A stretch of 64,000 bases of DNA from Eledone cirrhosa (GCA_964016885.1 OZ024741.1:141484001-141548000), one strand, 5' to 3'. Counted from the first letter of the stretch, positions 40,538 to 54,083 are shown. The notes: generated by a model not told the origin, from the sequence alone. Numbers and translations are program-made.

Positions 40538-42323
40538 AACAATGGGGAAATACGGGTGAAGTGATTGAATGGGTCAAAAATATCAAAGATAACAAGGATA
40601 AAAAATTTATTCAATTTGATATCAATTCTGAATACACCTCTATTTCCCCTATCCTACTACATAAGGCACTTATAATGGCCATGGACAATAGTGACCTGAC
40701 TAGACCCTAGATTGATGTCAAACTTGCGGCCCGTAAAACACTAATCACCTTTGAAGACCAATTATGGACCCGCAAGGATACGCAAAACAACTTCGACATT
40801 ACTATGGGGTCTAGTGACTCGGCGCAGGTCACTGATTTAGTTGGCCTATATTTACTTAACCAAATCCATAGGGACCTTCCTTACCTCAGCGGTGGTTTGT
40901 ATCGTGACGATGCACTTCTATTTATAGATTATAAAAAATTCAATATAGAAAGAACTAGAAAACTATTGCACAAAACATTCAAAAACTATAACCTTAGTAT
41001 TACCATGGACAAAAACACCAAAAACGTCAACTTCCTAGACGCCATACTCTACCTAGACTCAATGATATATGCACCTTTCCACAAACCTAATTAAAAACTC
41101 ATCTACGTAGATACCAAGTCTAACCACCCTAGATCTATATTAAACTCTATCTCTAAGGGAGTATCTAATAGAATCTCTAATCTATCCTATGACATAAACA
41201 CATTTAACAATAACTCGCAGTATTATAATCAGGCATTAGCTAGATCAGGCCATAATACAGGGATAGAGTTCCTACCTACAAAAACGCATAGCTACAACAT
41301 TACTTCACACAACATGTCCATGGGAAAATTTAATAATAGGAATAGCAACCACACACACACTAATAGGGATGGTAACAACAAAAGTAACCCACACCACAGA
41401 AATTACCATAGTAGCATTAAAGGAAACAAATCACCAGACATAAAAAACAGAAATAGAAGAAGAAATAATACATTTTTCAACCCTCCTTTCAATCTAAACG
41501 TCTCTACCAACCTACCTAGGGCTTTCTTCTCACTACTGGATAAACACTTCCCATCCGGCCACAGGTACCATAGCCTTTTAAACAAAAACACTATTAAAAT
41601 CTCATACTCTACTACGCCTAACTTAGCATACCACATAGCTAGTAGCAATAAAAGAAAAATTAATTCTTACTTCCAACAAACTAAATCACAACAGACGATA
41701 AACCTTCAAAATAACATTCAAAATAACATTCGAAATAACATTATAGCAACTAACCATAATATCAATGGAAATAATAGTATTAGTACTAGTGTAAACATTA
41801 ACGCTGCGTACGACAACCCACATAACCATAACCCTATAGCTAACATCCAAACTTCTACACAGCATAGTAACCGGCAGACTAGCACCCAGAATAATTGTAA
41901 CTGTAGATCAAATAGAACCTGCCCTTTAGATAAAAATGCTTAACCAAGGATATCATATACTCATGTACAGTCACAACTAACAACTCTTCTGAAACCGATA
42001 TAGGCTCTACTTCGAACTGCTTCAAAACTAGATACAATTCGCACCTCCACTCTTTCAAAATACACAGTCTAGCCAACTCCACTTCACTATCTAGCTACAT
42101 ACACTATCTAAAAACTAAAAATAAAATATATACACTTAAATGGGAAGTGGTAGGTAGTGCAACATCGTACAAACCACCTAATAAATTTTGTAACCTCTGT
42201 CTACTAGAGACCCATACTATAATCTTCTCTAACCATAATCTCCTTAATAAAAAATCAGAAGTGTTCGCATCTTGCCAACACCGCTTCCGACACTCTTTCC
42301 AAAACTTTAAACCCTATATATAA
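40538..42323 (+). pseudogene. PLE RT plus GIY-YIG ORF, 5'-truncated, with stops and a frameshift
   Basis: FIQFDI, FDITMGSSDSAQVTDLVGL, LYRDD, NFLD, FFNPPF, CNC..CPL, IIYSCTV...IGST..FKTR, CNLCLLE, CQH. Confidence 0.92.
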
Positions 42324-44094
42324 CAATGTCAGATTGGAACCGCCACCACCCCTAGCAATTAGCATCAGTAGCACACCTTACACCTCATCTCCACACCCAT
42401 TTATATACTCTAAGGGTAATACTGGCAGCATTTTAGTACCATCTACTCTGGGGATACCCCCATGTACTTCTAATTCTGATATCTCGGCCGTGGACTACTT
42501 AAACTGCATTGCACAAATATATGATTAATATAAACTGTAGACACGGTATTGGTTGTGATAACATAATCCTGTGCATGGAATGCCACCATGAGATAGATTG
42601 ATGATTAGGTAGGTAATCTTATTGTTATGTGAATATATACTCTATACGATCAGTTCAATGAATTATGCACAGGTGATACATGAGTTAGGAGTTTCTGTGT
42701 TGCTTGATGAGCTGATTGGTCTCTTTTGATGAGAGAACTGGCCCCCGGACCACCCTGGTGAATTTACCGGGGATGCAGTCATACAATGACCTGAAACTTG
42801 CCGGGAGTCTTGTATGATAATAAGACCATTATTAGTAGTGAGACCCATATAATTAATTTTGTAGTCTGATTCTTCTTATAGATTGTCCGGGTGTGGCACT
42901 CCATATTAGATTGTAATCATCATGATATGAACTCCTTTAGTACTTATTAATAGACTCCACTCTAATTTGTAGATAAGATACCTAATTTAATTTATATGTG
43001 AGATGGGAGTTTATGTATTGCTTGATGGCCAGACTGGTGTCCTTATATGAGAGATTTGATCTCCAGATTGTAATCATCATGATATGAACTCCTTTAGTAC
43101 CTATTAATAGACTCCACTCTAATTTGTAGATAAGATAACTAATTTAATTTATATATGAGATGGGAGGTAATCTATTGCTTGATGTCCAGACTGGTGTCTT
43201 TATATGAGAAATTTGATCTCCGGACCATCCTGAAGATATTCAGATATACCAAGGATTCTGACATACAATGACCCAGAGCCTACCGGGAGTCATATATAAT
43301 AATAGGACCATGCCAGGTCCTGCGGGAGGAATTACATTTACAAAGAACATTGATTTGGGGGTCTGACTCCTCTTATAGAATGTTCAGATATGACACCCCT
43401 TAATAGAAGGTAATCATCCTGATATATACACCTTAGTCCTTCTTAATAGACAACACTGTACCAATAAATAAGTAACATAATCTAGAAATTAGTTATAACA
43501 TCATATGATAGGCACTTATTTGAAACACCATTAATGTAATTTAGGATAATAAATTTAACTAAGAAAACCAGCTAGTTACCTCCCCTTACGCATTAATTCC
43601 CCTTGGTCATACAGACACTTCCGGAATATAATATCATCACACAAAACTAAACAACATGATCTATTAATTAAGAATCGACAAGATACGGTTTATAACTTGG
43701 TTATATGCTGAACCATCGTGAATTATATGATAGACCCGTGTTCTATATATTGCGTCTCATGGATTATGTGAGTGGTGTTGTGAGCGAAGACAGTGGTACT
43801 GTTTTGCCTACGATATAATATGGTTTATAATATGTTTGAAATTTTTGATATTTTGGTGTTTCTCTACATTCGGGACTGTATATCATACAGGTGTATGCGA
43901 ATAAATGATTTAATAATTCAGCCCACATAATAATATCGATTGCCTGCTTCAACTGCCAGACCCTGCAAATAACATTCTGACGCATTCTAATCCTGTATAA
44001 ATAAGACACACGTGCATGCTACACGTGAGATTGTTGCATACACTGACTACTCTAAACTTTCCTCTTGCTTTATCTTCATAGACTGCCAATGCTT

Positions 44095-44460
44095 CATTTT
44101 TATTTTCATTTTTATTTTTATTTTTATTTTTATTTTTATTTTTATTTTTAGTTTTAGTTTTAGTTTTTATTTTTAGTTTTTATTTTTAGTTTTTAGTTTT
44201 ATTTTTATTTTTATTTTTATTTTCATTTTCATTTTCATTTTTATTTTTATTTTTATTTTATTTTTATTTTTTATTTTTATTTTTATTTTTATTTTTATTT
44301 TTATTTTTATTTTTATTTTTATTTTTATTTTTATTTTTATTTTTATTTTTATTTTTATTTTTATTTTTATTTTTATTTTTATTTTTATTTTTATTTTTAT
44401 TTTTATTTTTATTTTTATTTTTATTTTTATTTTTATTTTTATTTTTATTTTTATTTTTAT
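44095..44460. repeat. (TTTTTA)n hexamer tract
   Basis: Direct reading. Confidence 0.97.
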
Positions 44461-44597
44461 CCTTTAACCGTTATATGTAAATTGCCATGCTATATCATTT
44501 TGATGGATGTCATCCCACTGTGGATCAATATGTGCATATGTTTTATATGTCTCTTGTGTTGAAAAGGAAGTCAAGTATGTTATAGATCACTAAATAG

Positions 44598-44646
44598 TTG
44601 CTACGAAGAATCCAAACCTCGGTTTGGAGGAAACAATTGTAAGCAA
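44598..44646 (+). ncRNA. Hammerhead-like motif ~40 nt from the PLE 3' end, variant core ACGAAGA
   Basis: ttgct-ACGAAGA-a tccaaacc tc ggtttgga g-GAAAC-aatt-GTA-agcaa; stems I and II perfect. Confidence 0.7.
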
Positions 44647-45605
44647 ATAAATGATTTAAACTGAACTTTGATTATTGTAATCTCTATATAACTGCTCTGT
44701 AAAACAACCGATGTTATTACATTGAGCTATTTATCTTACTGGTAATAAGATAGTAATTAATGACTATCTTTCACTATTTAAGGTTTGTATAAAAAATATA
44801 TAACCATAAAAGGTTTTATTACATACATAACCATAAATAGTATCCTTAATACAATATATATATCTTCAAATTGATTTTAATCAAGCATACAGTGTATTGC
44901 AAAATACACTATATATACATTCATATATATATCGCTATTTCAGAGCACCAATTCTAATTTTCAATTTCTGGTGGGCCGGCGACCGCTCTGTGAAATCAGT
45001 TCATGATTGTTACTGGAATTCTATAAGAATTCAACACACATAATTTTTGGCAGACGGGGAGAGTAGTGAGTTTTGATAAGTACCAAATAGTACGAAACAG
45101 CGCTGTCAACTTATCTACCCCTGTCTACCGAAAATTTAAGTAAGCGACAATGTCGCTACTTTAAAACAATAGCGTATAGTCTTCAAAATGCTTTTAATTA
45201 AGCATACAGTGTATTGCAAAATACACTATATATACATTCATATATATATATATAAACAAATAGGAAAAAGATTTTTTCAGTAGAAAATGTTGAAGAGATT
45301 TTTTTCAGTGAAACAGCAAAACATAAATTTATTTACAATAACAGTTTCAGCATTATATGCATTGTCAATTGCAGATATGCAGAATATTGTTAAATTGCTT
45401 ATTTGTATGGATAAAGGATTATATATATGTTCATATGTTATTATACTAATAGTAAAAAAGGACGAAGAAAGTGTGAAAACTATTTTATGCTAACGCTATA
45501 AACAGGCGGCGTTTAGGTACTTCTGTATATGCGTGTGCGCATATATATGTGTGTGTGTATGCGCGTACATGCTCTCTCTACCCTACATTCATCTTTATAT
45601 ATATA

Positions 45606-46428
45606 CTAGCAGCAGTACCCAGCGTTGCCTGGGTAGGTAAAATAATATCTGCTTTGATGAAAAGGTGTTGATCTTAGCGACTGCTTCTCGATGACTCATC
45701 TATGGCCACTAACAGGCCATGCGAAGGAGGGTGGTGATGACCTCTATCACTGAGAAACGCGGGTGACTGGCGAAGGGGCATGCTGGGGGAGGGAGCTAAT
45801 GACCTCTAACACTAAGCCAAATTTCCTCACGCTTCTTGATTGGAAACCGATGAATTCTCAAATACACAACTAAAATCTCAGACGACGTCAGTGGCCATCG
45901 TTTTGCCTTTGACCATCTATAAGATGTGCAATGATAGATTCTATCGTAGTATAAAAGTTGAACCAAATAAATTGATTTATGTGTGAGGTGGAGCCGAAGT
46001 TTCGAATTTGAACGAAATCGATTGAAAAATGTGGGAGCTGGAGCCGAAAAGGCGGAAATTTGAGAGAAAAGTTGGTATTTTCGAATATTTAAGCGGCTGC
46101 CACGCCGTTCCTGAACAAAAAATCCAAAATGTAAAGCCATTACAGGATGTGCAATGATAAATTCTATTTGAACAGAATCGGTGGCAAAATGTGGGAGCTA
46201 GAGCCAAAAATCTTATTTTTCGATACCTAAAAAAAGGTGACCCTCCTATCGATTTTTATTTGCAGAATGACCCCGGAATAAAAAAAAAACGATACGCTGA
46301 TATATAGAAAACACTCCCCGATGACTAATCTATGAGCCTGTAAGGTTTCATGAAAACGGTCGTAAGATGTAGGCCCCTATAGGTAATACACTGACACACA
46401 CACATACTTAATTTTATATATATACAGA
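45606..46428 (-). mobile_element. Non-autonomous Helitron
   Basis: Minus strand begins A|TCtgtatatatataaaa; ends with hairpin acccag-gcaacg-ctgggt, ~7 nt, CTAG|T; no TSD. Confidence 0.8.
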
Positions 46429-46624
46429 TATATATATATATATCAGTTAACCTGCCATAGGATGTATACTCTACCTTCACCCCATATGTTAATTCTCAAT
46501 CTATTCAGCTTTTAATCTCTCTCTCTATCTCTCCCTCTCTCTCATAAAAAGCGTGGCATCTGAAATTGGAACAGCCAATCAACCAACACATTGAGTATTA
46601 TATTAAAGGGATTAATGCCTAATA

Positions 46625-46742
46625 ATTATTTCTACTTTTGGCACGAGGCGAGCAAATACCCAGTGCATTACTGGTACTTTATTTTATCGACCCCGTAAGG
46701 ATGAAAGGTAGAGTTAACCTCGGCGGGATTTGAACTCAGAAT
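46625..46742 (-). mobile_element. SINE family A, 3' half
   Basis: Reverse complement of tctgagttcaaatcccgccgagg...gtagaaataatta. Confidence 0.88.
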
Positions 46743-46834
46743 GGCAATAATAATGACTATACTACGCTATGCTAGAGTGTTTCTCCAATAATTCAAATCC
46801 CTGTTTTAAATGGAAATAGATAAATATCTTTCAT

Positions 46835-48076
46835 ATCTGATTTTTTGGCGAGGGTTGTAGGACCCAAAAGTCCACGGTTTTTCATCGAGTGTCTGTGCAC
46901 ATACCATCTTTTTTTAAAAGTACCCGCGGTGGATCCAATGTAATGCCAAGTGGAGTTGTCTGAGTTGACCGTACACATGTACACTAGGCTCGAATCAAGG
47001 CATCTATTCGCCAATGAGCACCTGTCCGGTAGGTGACAGTTACAGTTTGAGGTGTTATTTCGTGCAGCTTCCACACTGTTGTTTTGTACACTGCTATAAG
47101 TGGGTTGTGATTCATGCCCGTTGGGGTTTTGCTGCTGCGTGCTTGTATGCGCTTGCGGTCGTGCTACTGTGATGTGTTTATGTTTATAATTTACCTCCTG
47201 TTATAATTGTAGTCAGCATGTTTTCTCTTTATATATACATATATGTATATATATGTGTATATATATATTGCCTCCTTAACCTCTGTATTAACTTGCCTAT
47301 TATATTGCTACTCTGTTAATATTGTCTTATATATGTATGTTATTGATGATGAGAAAGCTAGACAACCCTTTCATCTAATATAGACCACACAAATATTGAA
47401 CCTAACACCACAAATATTACTACCCTCACTACAGTGATAAATTTTTCATATGTCAGATAATAAATGATTCTTACGGCCACTAGACCTACATTGTTTAAAG
47501 CCACCGGCTTATCTTAACACTATATATAATATACCCCACGACAGCTTTTACATGTCAATTTTATACATCTGCCTCATGTCAGCTAGTTTTACACGCTAAA
47601 ATCGTAGATATACTATATTTCCCACCTAGATTGATGTTGTGATTATTTCAAATAATTTATTGCTAGCATTGTTAGTATTGTTGTTATTGTTCTTATTGAA
47701 TGCCATTACTACTATATATAGTAGCCATGCCTGTATATTCCTTTCATTCTCACAAGCTCCGATGAATTGACTGGTTATAACTTTGTATTGGTGATCGAAT
47801 AACGTGAAAACAAGCGGGTAGCGATCTCTAGACCTACCAGTTCAGAGGAACAATTGTCAGCGATGAGATTAAAAACCTTTTTTGTATAGCAAACCGTGTC
47901 ACTCTTCTTTCCTGATTTATCATTACTCCAAGTAGGAATTACAGCGTACTCGCAACATCACTATGGAAACGCCTTGTTGTGTCAAACTTAGCCAAGCGTT
48001 GATATCATCCACTACCCGGAGTACCATAACTGGACTACACTTTAGTGGACTACCTATAACCATAATCTGTTACCAC

Positions 48077-48080
<4 letters not shown>
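46835..48080. mobile_element. PLE GIY-YIG fragment (minus, 46835-47200) joined to an inverted pLTR (plus, ~47230-48080)
   Basis: CNCHLPDRC..LVYMCTV...YIGSTAG.FKKRW; paralogous to 60060-60410 and 62030-62553. Confidence 0.88.
47756..47861 (+). ncRNA. Hammerhead-like motif with CCGATGA core and extended stem II
   Basis: gct-CCGATGA-attgactggt...accagttcaga-GGAAC-aatt-GTC-agc. Confidence 0.6.
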
Positions 48081-48144
<64 letters not shown>

Positions 48145-48268
48145 GTGGTAACAGATTATGGTTATAGGTAGTCCACTAAAGTGTAGTCCAGTTTCTTCCA
48201 TGAAATTATTTATTTACTGTCCACTATGTTTCATATATATATATAAATATATAAATGAATATATATGA

Positions 48269-48330
<62 letters not shown>

Positions 48331-48408
48331 TCATATATATTCATTTATATATTTATATATATATATGAAACATAGTGGACAGTAAATAAATAATTTCATG
48401 GAAGAAAT
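48028..48408. repeat. Two adjacent (TA)n-centred fold-backs
   Basis: 48028-48080 / 48140-48193 and 48192-48275 / 48322-48407 are reverse-complement pairs. Confidence 0.93.
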
Positions 48409-48867
48409 AATCAAACAATACGATTTGCAAGAGATACATTGGCAGCGTTCCAGAGAATTAGCTGTTCTCATTTAATATATTTCGAAAGATAACTTAATAA
48501 AGGGAAGAACATTTAAGTGATGGACTAAAAGCCAATCAGTGCCGCAATGCCATTATTAAATGTTTAAGTAATTTTTAGACAAATGTTTTAAAAGTTTTTA
48601 ACTAATGTAATGCATGGTAGGCCTATAAAATGCAGACATCGATATTTCCTGTGATCTTCAGATTAAGTGAAAAATCATCAGCATTGCGGGTTACAAGCAA
48701 GGTAGTGTTGTTAAAGAGGTGACTTAGCAACCACGTTGTCTCGGTTTCAGTCGCACTCCGTGGCATCTGCATCAAGTGCTCGAGTTGACCATTGCCTTGT
48801 GAATGAAATTTGATAGAAGGAAACTGCAAAAATTCGTTGTGTGTGCGTGTCTATGTATATATATATA

Positions 48868-48944
48868 CATAGTGTCCCCCAAAAATGTATACATATTGCC
48901 TGCACAGGTAATAAAGTGTGTATGCATTTGGGGGGGACACCCTG
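48868..48944. mobile_element. Tiny Tc1/mariner-like MITE
   Basis: TA|catagtgtcccccaaaaatgtataca ... tgtatgcatttgggggggacaccctg|TA. Confidence 0.7.
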
Positions 48945-50083
48945 TATGTGTGTGGGTGTGTCTGTCTGCCTGTCCATGTGGGTGTACAGTAACATAATGG
49001 TTCAACTAAAGGAAATCGATAAATATGTATCAGCTGAAAAACTAAAATTACTTGAGTCGATCTCATTAAGGCAGTGCTCCAGCATGTCCGAACTCTAAGA
49101 ACTGAAACCAATAAATAAGTAGGAAATATAAAAAAATTGACACTTCGCTATGGTATGTTGTTTACCTCATCAGAAATAAATAATTATGACAAGGGTAATA
49201 AAAAACTGGAAAACGAAATCAACAACGCCATGGATTTGAGGAAAAGTTGTGCATTGTTATATCGTGGTTGTAACACCATTAGTGATTGTTAGGCTTAATT
49301 CTAGACATTAAAGTAATCAGATTATTGGGATAAATCCTCGTTTCTGTTCAGTAAACTATCAGGATATCTATTTAAATTAAAGTTTGTTCGTAAATAAACA
49401 GGTTGTGTTTTCCACGTTAGTAACACTTCTCAATGATTCTCCAAATCCCGTATCATACAGTGCTAGGAATTAACTATTACTCATAATTCTACTGATACCA
49501 ATTTATAGCTGGAGAATTAAGTGGTTGAACGAAGTTTTGTATTATGTTTACTAGGGAACGAATCGACAGAGTCGTTAGAAAGTTGAATTGAAGATTTGTG
49601 ATATTCGTTCTGGCTCTCTCCATTCTGAGTTCGAATCCCACTGAGGTCAACTTTCTATATATACATAAATATTTACTAGATATGTTGAAGTTTCCTCATT
49701 CCATGCAATTAGGAGTAAAAAAAAACCTACCTAGTTCGGGAATTTTTCATATCAATTCGTACATCAAAATATCAGTGAAACCACACAAGCGAGTCAGGGG
49801 CCTGATATTTCGTACCTAAGAGAGCTTATTCAGGTTTGAATAAGTGGTCTTAGGCATTACACATTAGTCCTTTGAATCACTGGTGTATCATCACGGATAT
49901 GTACTCTCTGCTCAAACGTATTGAGTACTCATTCAGTAAATGCTTAATTGTGTTACGTTCAATGGTATTCTAAATACCTACTTCAATATATACATATTTA
50001 AAAGAGAGATCGAAGATTCATTTCAACATATTTTATTAGTAATCCCACTTAACACATTGCCACCTCGGAAGTTTAATCGGTTA

Positions 50084-50189
<106 letters not shown>

Positions 50190-50275
50190 ATGTATGTATG
50201 TATGTATGTATGTATGTATGTATGTATAGCCAGTTATTGAACGCTTTTCGTTCCCCATTACATATACTAGTTTTA

Positions 50276-50460
50276 GGGCGGTAGATTGGCAGTATCGGTA
50301 GAGAGTCGGACACCATGCTTTCCAGCATAGTTACGTCCCTTTACGATCTGAGTTCAAATCCCGCCGAGGTTGACTTAGCCTTTCATCCTTACGAGGTCGA
50401 TAAAATAAAGTACCAGTAATGCACTGGGTAATTGCTGGCCGTGTGCCTAAAGTAGAAACA
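50276..50460 (+). mobile_element. SINE family A, full-length with a 19-bp target-site duplication
   Basis: attacatatactagtttta at 50257-50275 and 50461-50479. Confidence 0.93.
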
Positions 50461-51215
50461 ATTACATATACTAGTTTTAAAGCATGTAGTGAAAATTGAT
50501 ATTGAATTAGATTTAATTCTCCTGTATTGCCCGTTCTTTGTTCCGAAATGTACAGATACCCGTTTCGATATTCTCGTTCGCTGCTCATCAGTACTGGACG
50601 ATATAATATCATTAGTAATTTTAAGTCGAAGTAATTATTTTCCAACATTATATTCAGGGAAATTGATATGAAATAATGTGGTGAAACCTACATTTTTGTT
50701 CTCCAACAGGTATAATCTCAGTAATCATTATTTATTTATGAACATATTAAATGATTCAAATTATTCTAATAATTGTTGCGCAAAACTTATCCAGTTTTTT
50801 TGACAACATTGTAATAGTTAAAGGAAAAACTGAATGAGCTAAAACAAGAAATTTTGTTTACTTTGCAAGCGTGAAAACATCTGGAAAATATCAACTTTAT
50901 TAAATTATCTGTGGTAATATCAACTCATAGCAAATGACTATGAATTTGAAGAAAGTTCATTGATGAAGTAAATAGATGTGTTTAGCACAGAAGGTAATAT
51001 TAAAAACAATAGCGTCAGATAATACACCACCTTAATAGACTCATCGTTTATAGAGACACTGAACGAGAGGGTGTGTTTCAATATTCTCTCGATCGAAACG
51101 CCTGTCAACAAAACACTCATAGAGTGAGAAACTAACATATATATATATATATATATATATAAATATATACACATATATATATACATATATATATATATAC
51201 ATATTCTATTCTATT

Positions 51216-51452
51216 CTAAGGCGGGTAAAATTCCCGAGATCCATGGACGAGTTCTCTCCAACGGTCTCTGTCCCTCATTATCGCTGCCATGTCCTGCGTC
51301 TCCAACAGATCAGTGTCTGTCCTTAGGGCATCAACATACGTTAACCTTGGTCTTCCTCTTCTAGTGTGTCCATGTAGGGGCTCCCACATAAGCACTGAGT
51401 GCAATGTCAACTCTGGATGTCCGTGAGCATGTCCAGCTAACCTCAGTCTCCT
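51216..51452 (-). mobile_element. RTE-type LINE 3' end (second family)
   Basis: RRLRLAGH...[19 protein letters not shown]..; (ATAGA)-type tail; copies at 56840-57010 and 57628-57800. Confidence 0.8.
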
Positions 51453-51573
51453 TATATGTATATAAGTGTATATATATATATAAGTGTGTATATATATGTA
51501 TATATATATATAAGTGTATATATATATATATGTATATATATACCGATATATATATAAGTGTATATATATATAA

Positions 51574-51644
<71 letters not shown>

Positions 51645-51649
<5 letters not shown>

Positions 51650-53140
51650 TGATTAACCCGGCAAAATCCGAAGTTGGCCTTGCAAGTAAATAAATCTTAA
51701 GAAAAATAATAATAAATATCACAATGGTTAAATACATCCTCTGTTATTTCTTGGTTTAATAATATACAAGATAAAAATAAGTGTAGATTTACCCAATTTG
51801 ATATTGTTGATTTTTACCACTCTATTACCGTTTCCTTATTAACTAAAGCCTTAGATTTTGCAAGACCCTTCATTAATATTTCTAAATTAGAAGACATTAT
51901 CTTTCATGCTAAAAAAACTCTACTCTTTACTAATGAAAGTATTTGGGTTAAAAAGTCAAACCCTGAAAACTCTTTTGATGTTGCAATGGGTTCATATGAC
52001 TGCGGATGTGTGTGACTTAGTAGGTTTATTCCTTCTCCACACCCTCAAAGAGAAATTTCCTTCCCATAATATCGGTTTATACCGTGACGACGGATTGGCA
52101 GTTTCTCATACCACCAACGGCCATAACTTTGATAAATTCCGTAAAGATTTAATCAATACTTTTGCTAATCTTAACCTTAAAATTACTATAGATACGAACC
52201 TTACCAATGCTAACTTTCTTGACATTAATCTTGATCTTCTTACTGCCTCTTTTAAACCTTATCATAAACCTAACAAAAATCTAAGACAAAGAGTCTTACA
52301 CAAAGAGTCTTGCCATCCACCTATAGTTTTTAAAAATCTTATTCCCAACATTAGCCGTAGGATTTCTACCTTATCTTCGTCTCTAGACATTTTTAATAAA
52401 GCCGCATCATTATAATAAAGCCCTTAATAACAGCGGATTTACAGAACACATTAATTATTTACCTACTCCTCCCCCTAAAACTAACCACAATAATAGGAAA
52501 AGGAAAATTATTTGGTTTACACCCCCCTTCTCTCTAAATGTCTCTTAGACAAACATTTTCCTCCCAATCATAGATATTATAAGATATTTAATAGAAATGT
52601 AGTTAAAATCAGTTACACTTGCTGCCCATCAATGGAGTCTAAAATCACTAATTCTAATCGTACGAGAATAAATCCAGGGTGCAGTTGCAGGAAGCCGGAT
52701 GAATGCTCATTACAGGGCAAATATAACACCAAATCCGTTGTATATGAGACCAAAGTGACACCGTTAATTAACAACCAGCCAGCTAGGAGTGAACGATATG
52801 TTGGCATGACTTAGGACAGGTTTAAAACCAGGTTTTATGCACATGTCGCTTCTTTTAAACACTCCGATAAAAGAACAGCAACGGTTCTCGCAAATAAGGT
52901 GTGGGAATTCAAGGATAAAAACATCCCGTACTCTATCGATTGGTCTATTTTAGACCATTCGAGGGAGTACCAAAGGGGCACAAAGAATTGTTCTTTCTGT
53001 ACCACTGAAAAATTTAGGATTTTACAAAACTTGAAAGCCACCTCAACTTGCCTGAACTTCAAGACCGAGATCTTCAAATGTTGTCCTCACCTGAAATCAC
53101 ATCTGATCTGTAACTGGATTGACATTCCTACGATGACTTA
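51645..53140 (+). pseudogene. PLE RT plus GIY-YIG ORF remnant
   Basis: [75 protein letters not shown]. Confidence 0.92.
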
Positions 53141-53382
53141 ACGACCTTGAACTTCTTCTCTGCTCTCTACGCCTTACATCCACTACGATTTCTTTACCTT
53201 CTGAATTCACTTTCTGTACTCTTATATTCTTTTTCTCCCTTATCTCCCCTTATATTTAAACCTTTTCCTATGTATTTACTTTCCTTATTCCCCCCTACTT
53301 TCTACCTTACCCTTTACATACCCAGCTTTTTTATTTTTCGATATTTATTTCTGTGTGTGTGTGTGTGTTGCGTATATGTGTA

Positions 53383-53448
<66 letters not shown>

Positions 53449-53475
53449 TATATATATATATATATATATATATAT

Positions 53476-53604
<129 letters not shown>

Positions 53605-53702
53605 TATGTATATGTATGTGTATATATAATTATATATATCTGTATGTATATGTAATTGTATTTTATATGCTTCTGTTGTATTTGTGTGTGTGTATATATA
53701 TA

Positions 53703-53733
<31 letters not shown>

Positions 53734-53990
53734 GTTTATGTATATATGTATGTGTATGTATATGCATAATTACATACACTGATTTAATGCTTATTTTCAT
53801 TGATCATTTGCACCAGGAACTTGTTGAGTGCTCTAAATCAGCTATAAACATGTATACCCTTTTCTAATTATTTATTTATTTATTATTTGTCGTATTCCCA
53901 ACTATTTGTTTACCCGTTTCACCTTTTTATTTTTATATATATATAATATTTATGTATTTTCTTATATATTCGTGTGTGTATATATGTATG

Positions 53991-54083
<93 letters not shown>

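Larger units (their letters stand above)
39641..44684 (+). mobile_element. Penelope-like insertion with ~0.9-kb inverted terminal repeats (39641-40537 / 43465-44684)
   Basis: Identical 81-aa ORFs on opposite strands (39993+, 43764-) mark the arms; the decayed PLE ORF lies between them. Confidence 0.92.

Noticed and set aside
39993-44009. Identical 81-aa ORF on opposite strands (39993+, 43764-)
   Set aside because: A by-product of the inverted repeat; it is antisense to the PLE UTR, starts at GTG and has no recognisable domain.
39641-44684. DNA transposon (Foldback/Polinton-like) reading of the long TIRs
   Set aside because: There is no transposase or integrase; the interior is RT plus GIY-YIG and the arms are copies of its own 3' UTR.
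51055-51112. Hammerhead-like ctgaacga...gaaacgcctgtc
   Set aside because: The core has an extra base and stem I does not pair.
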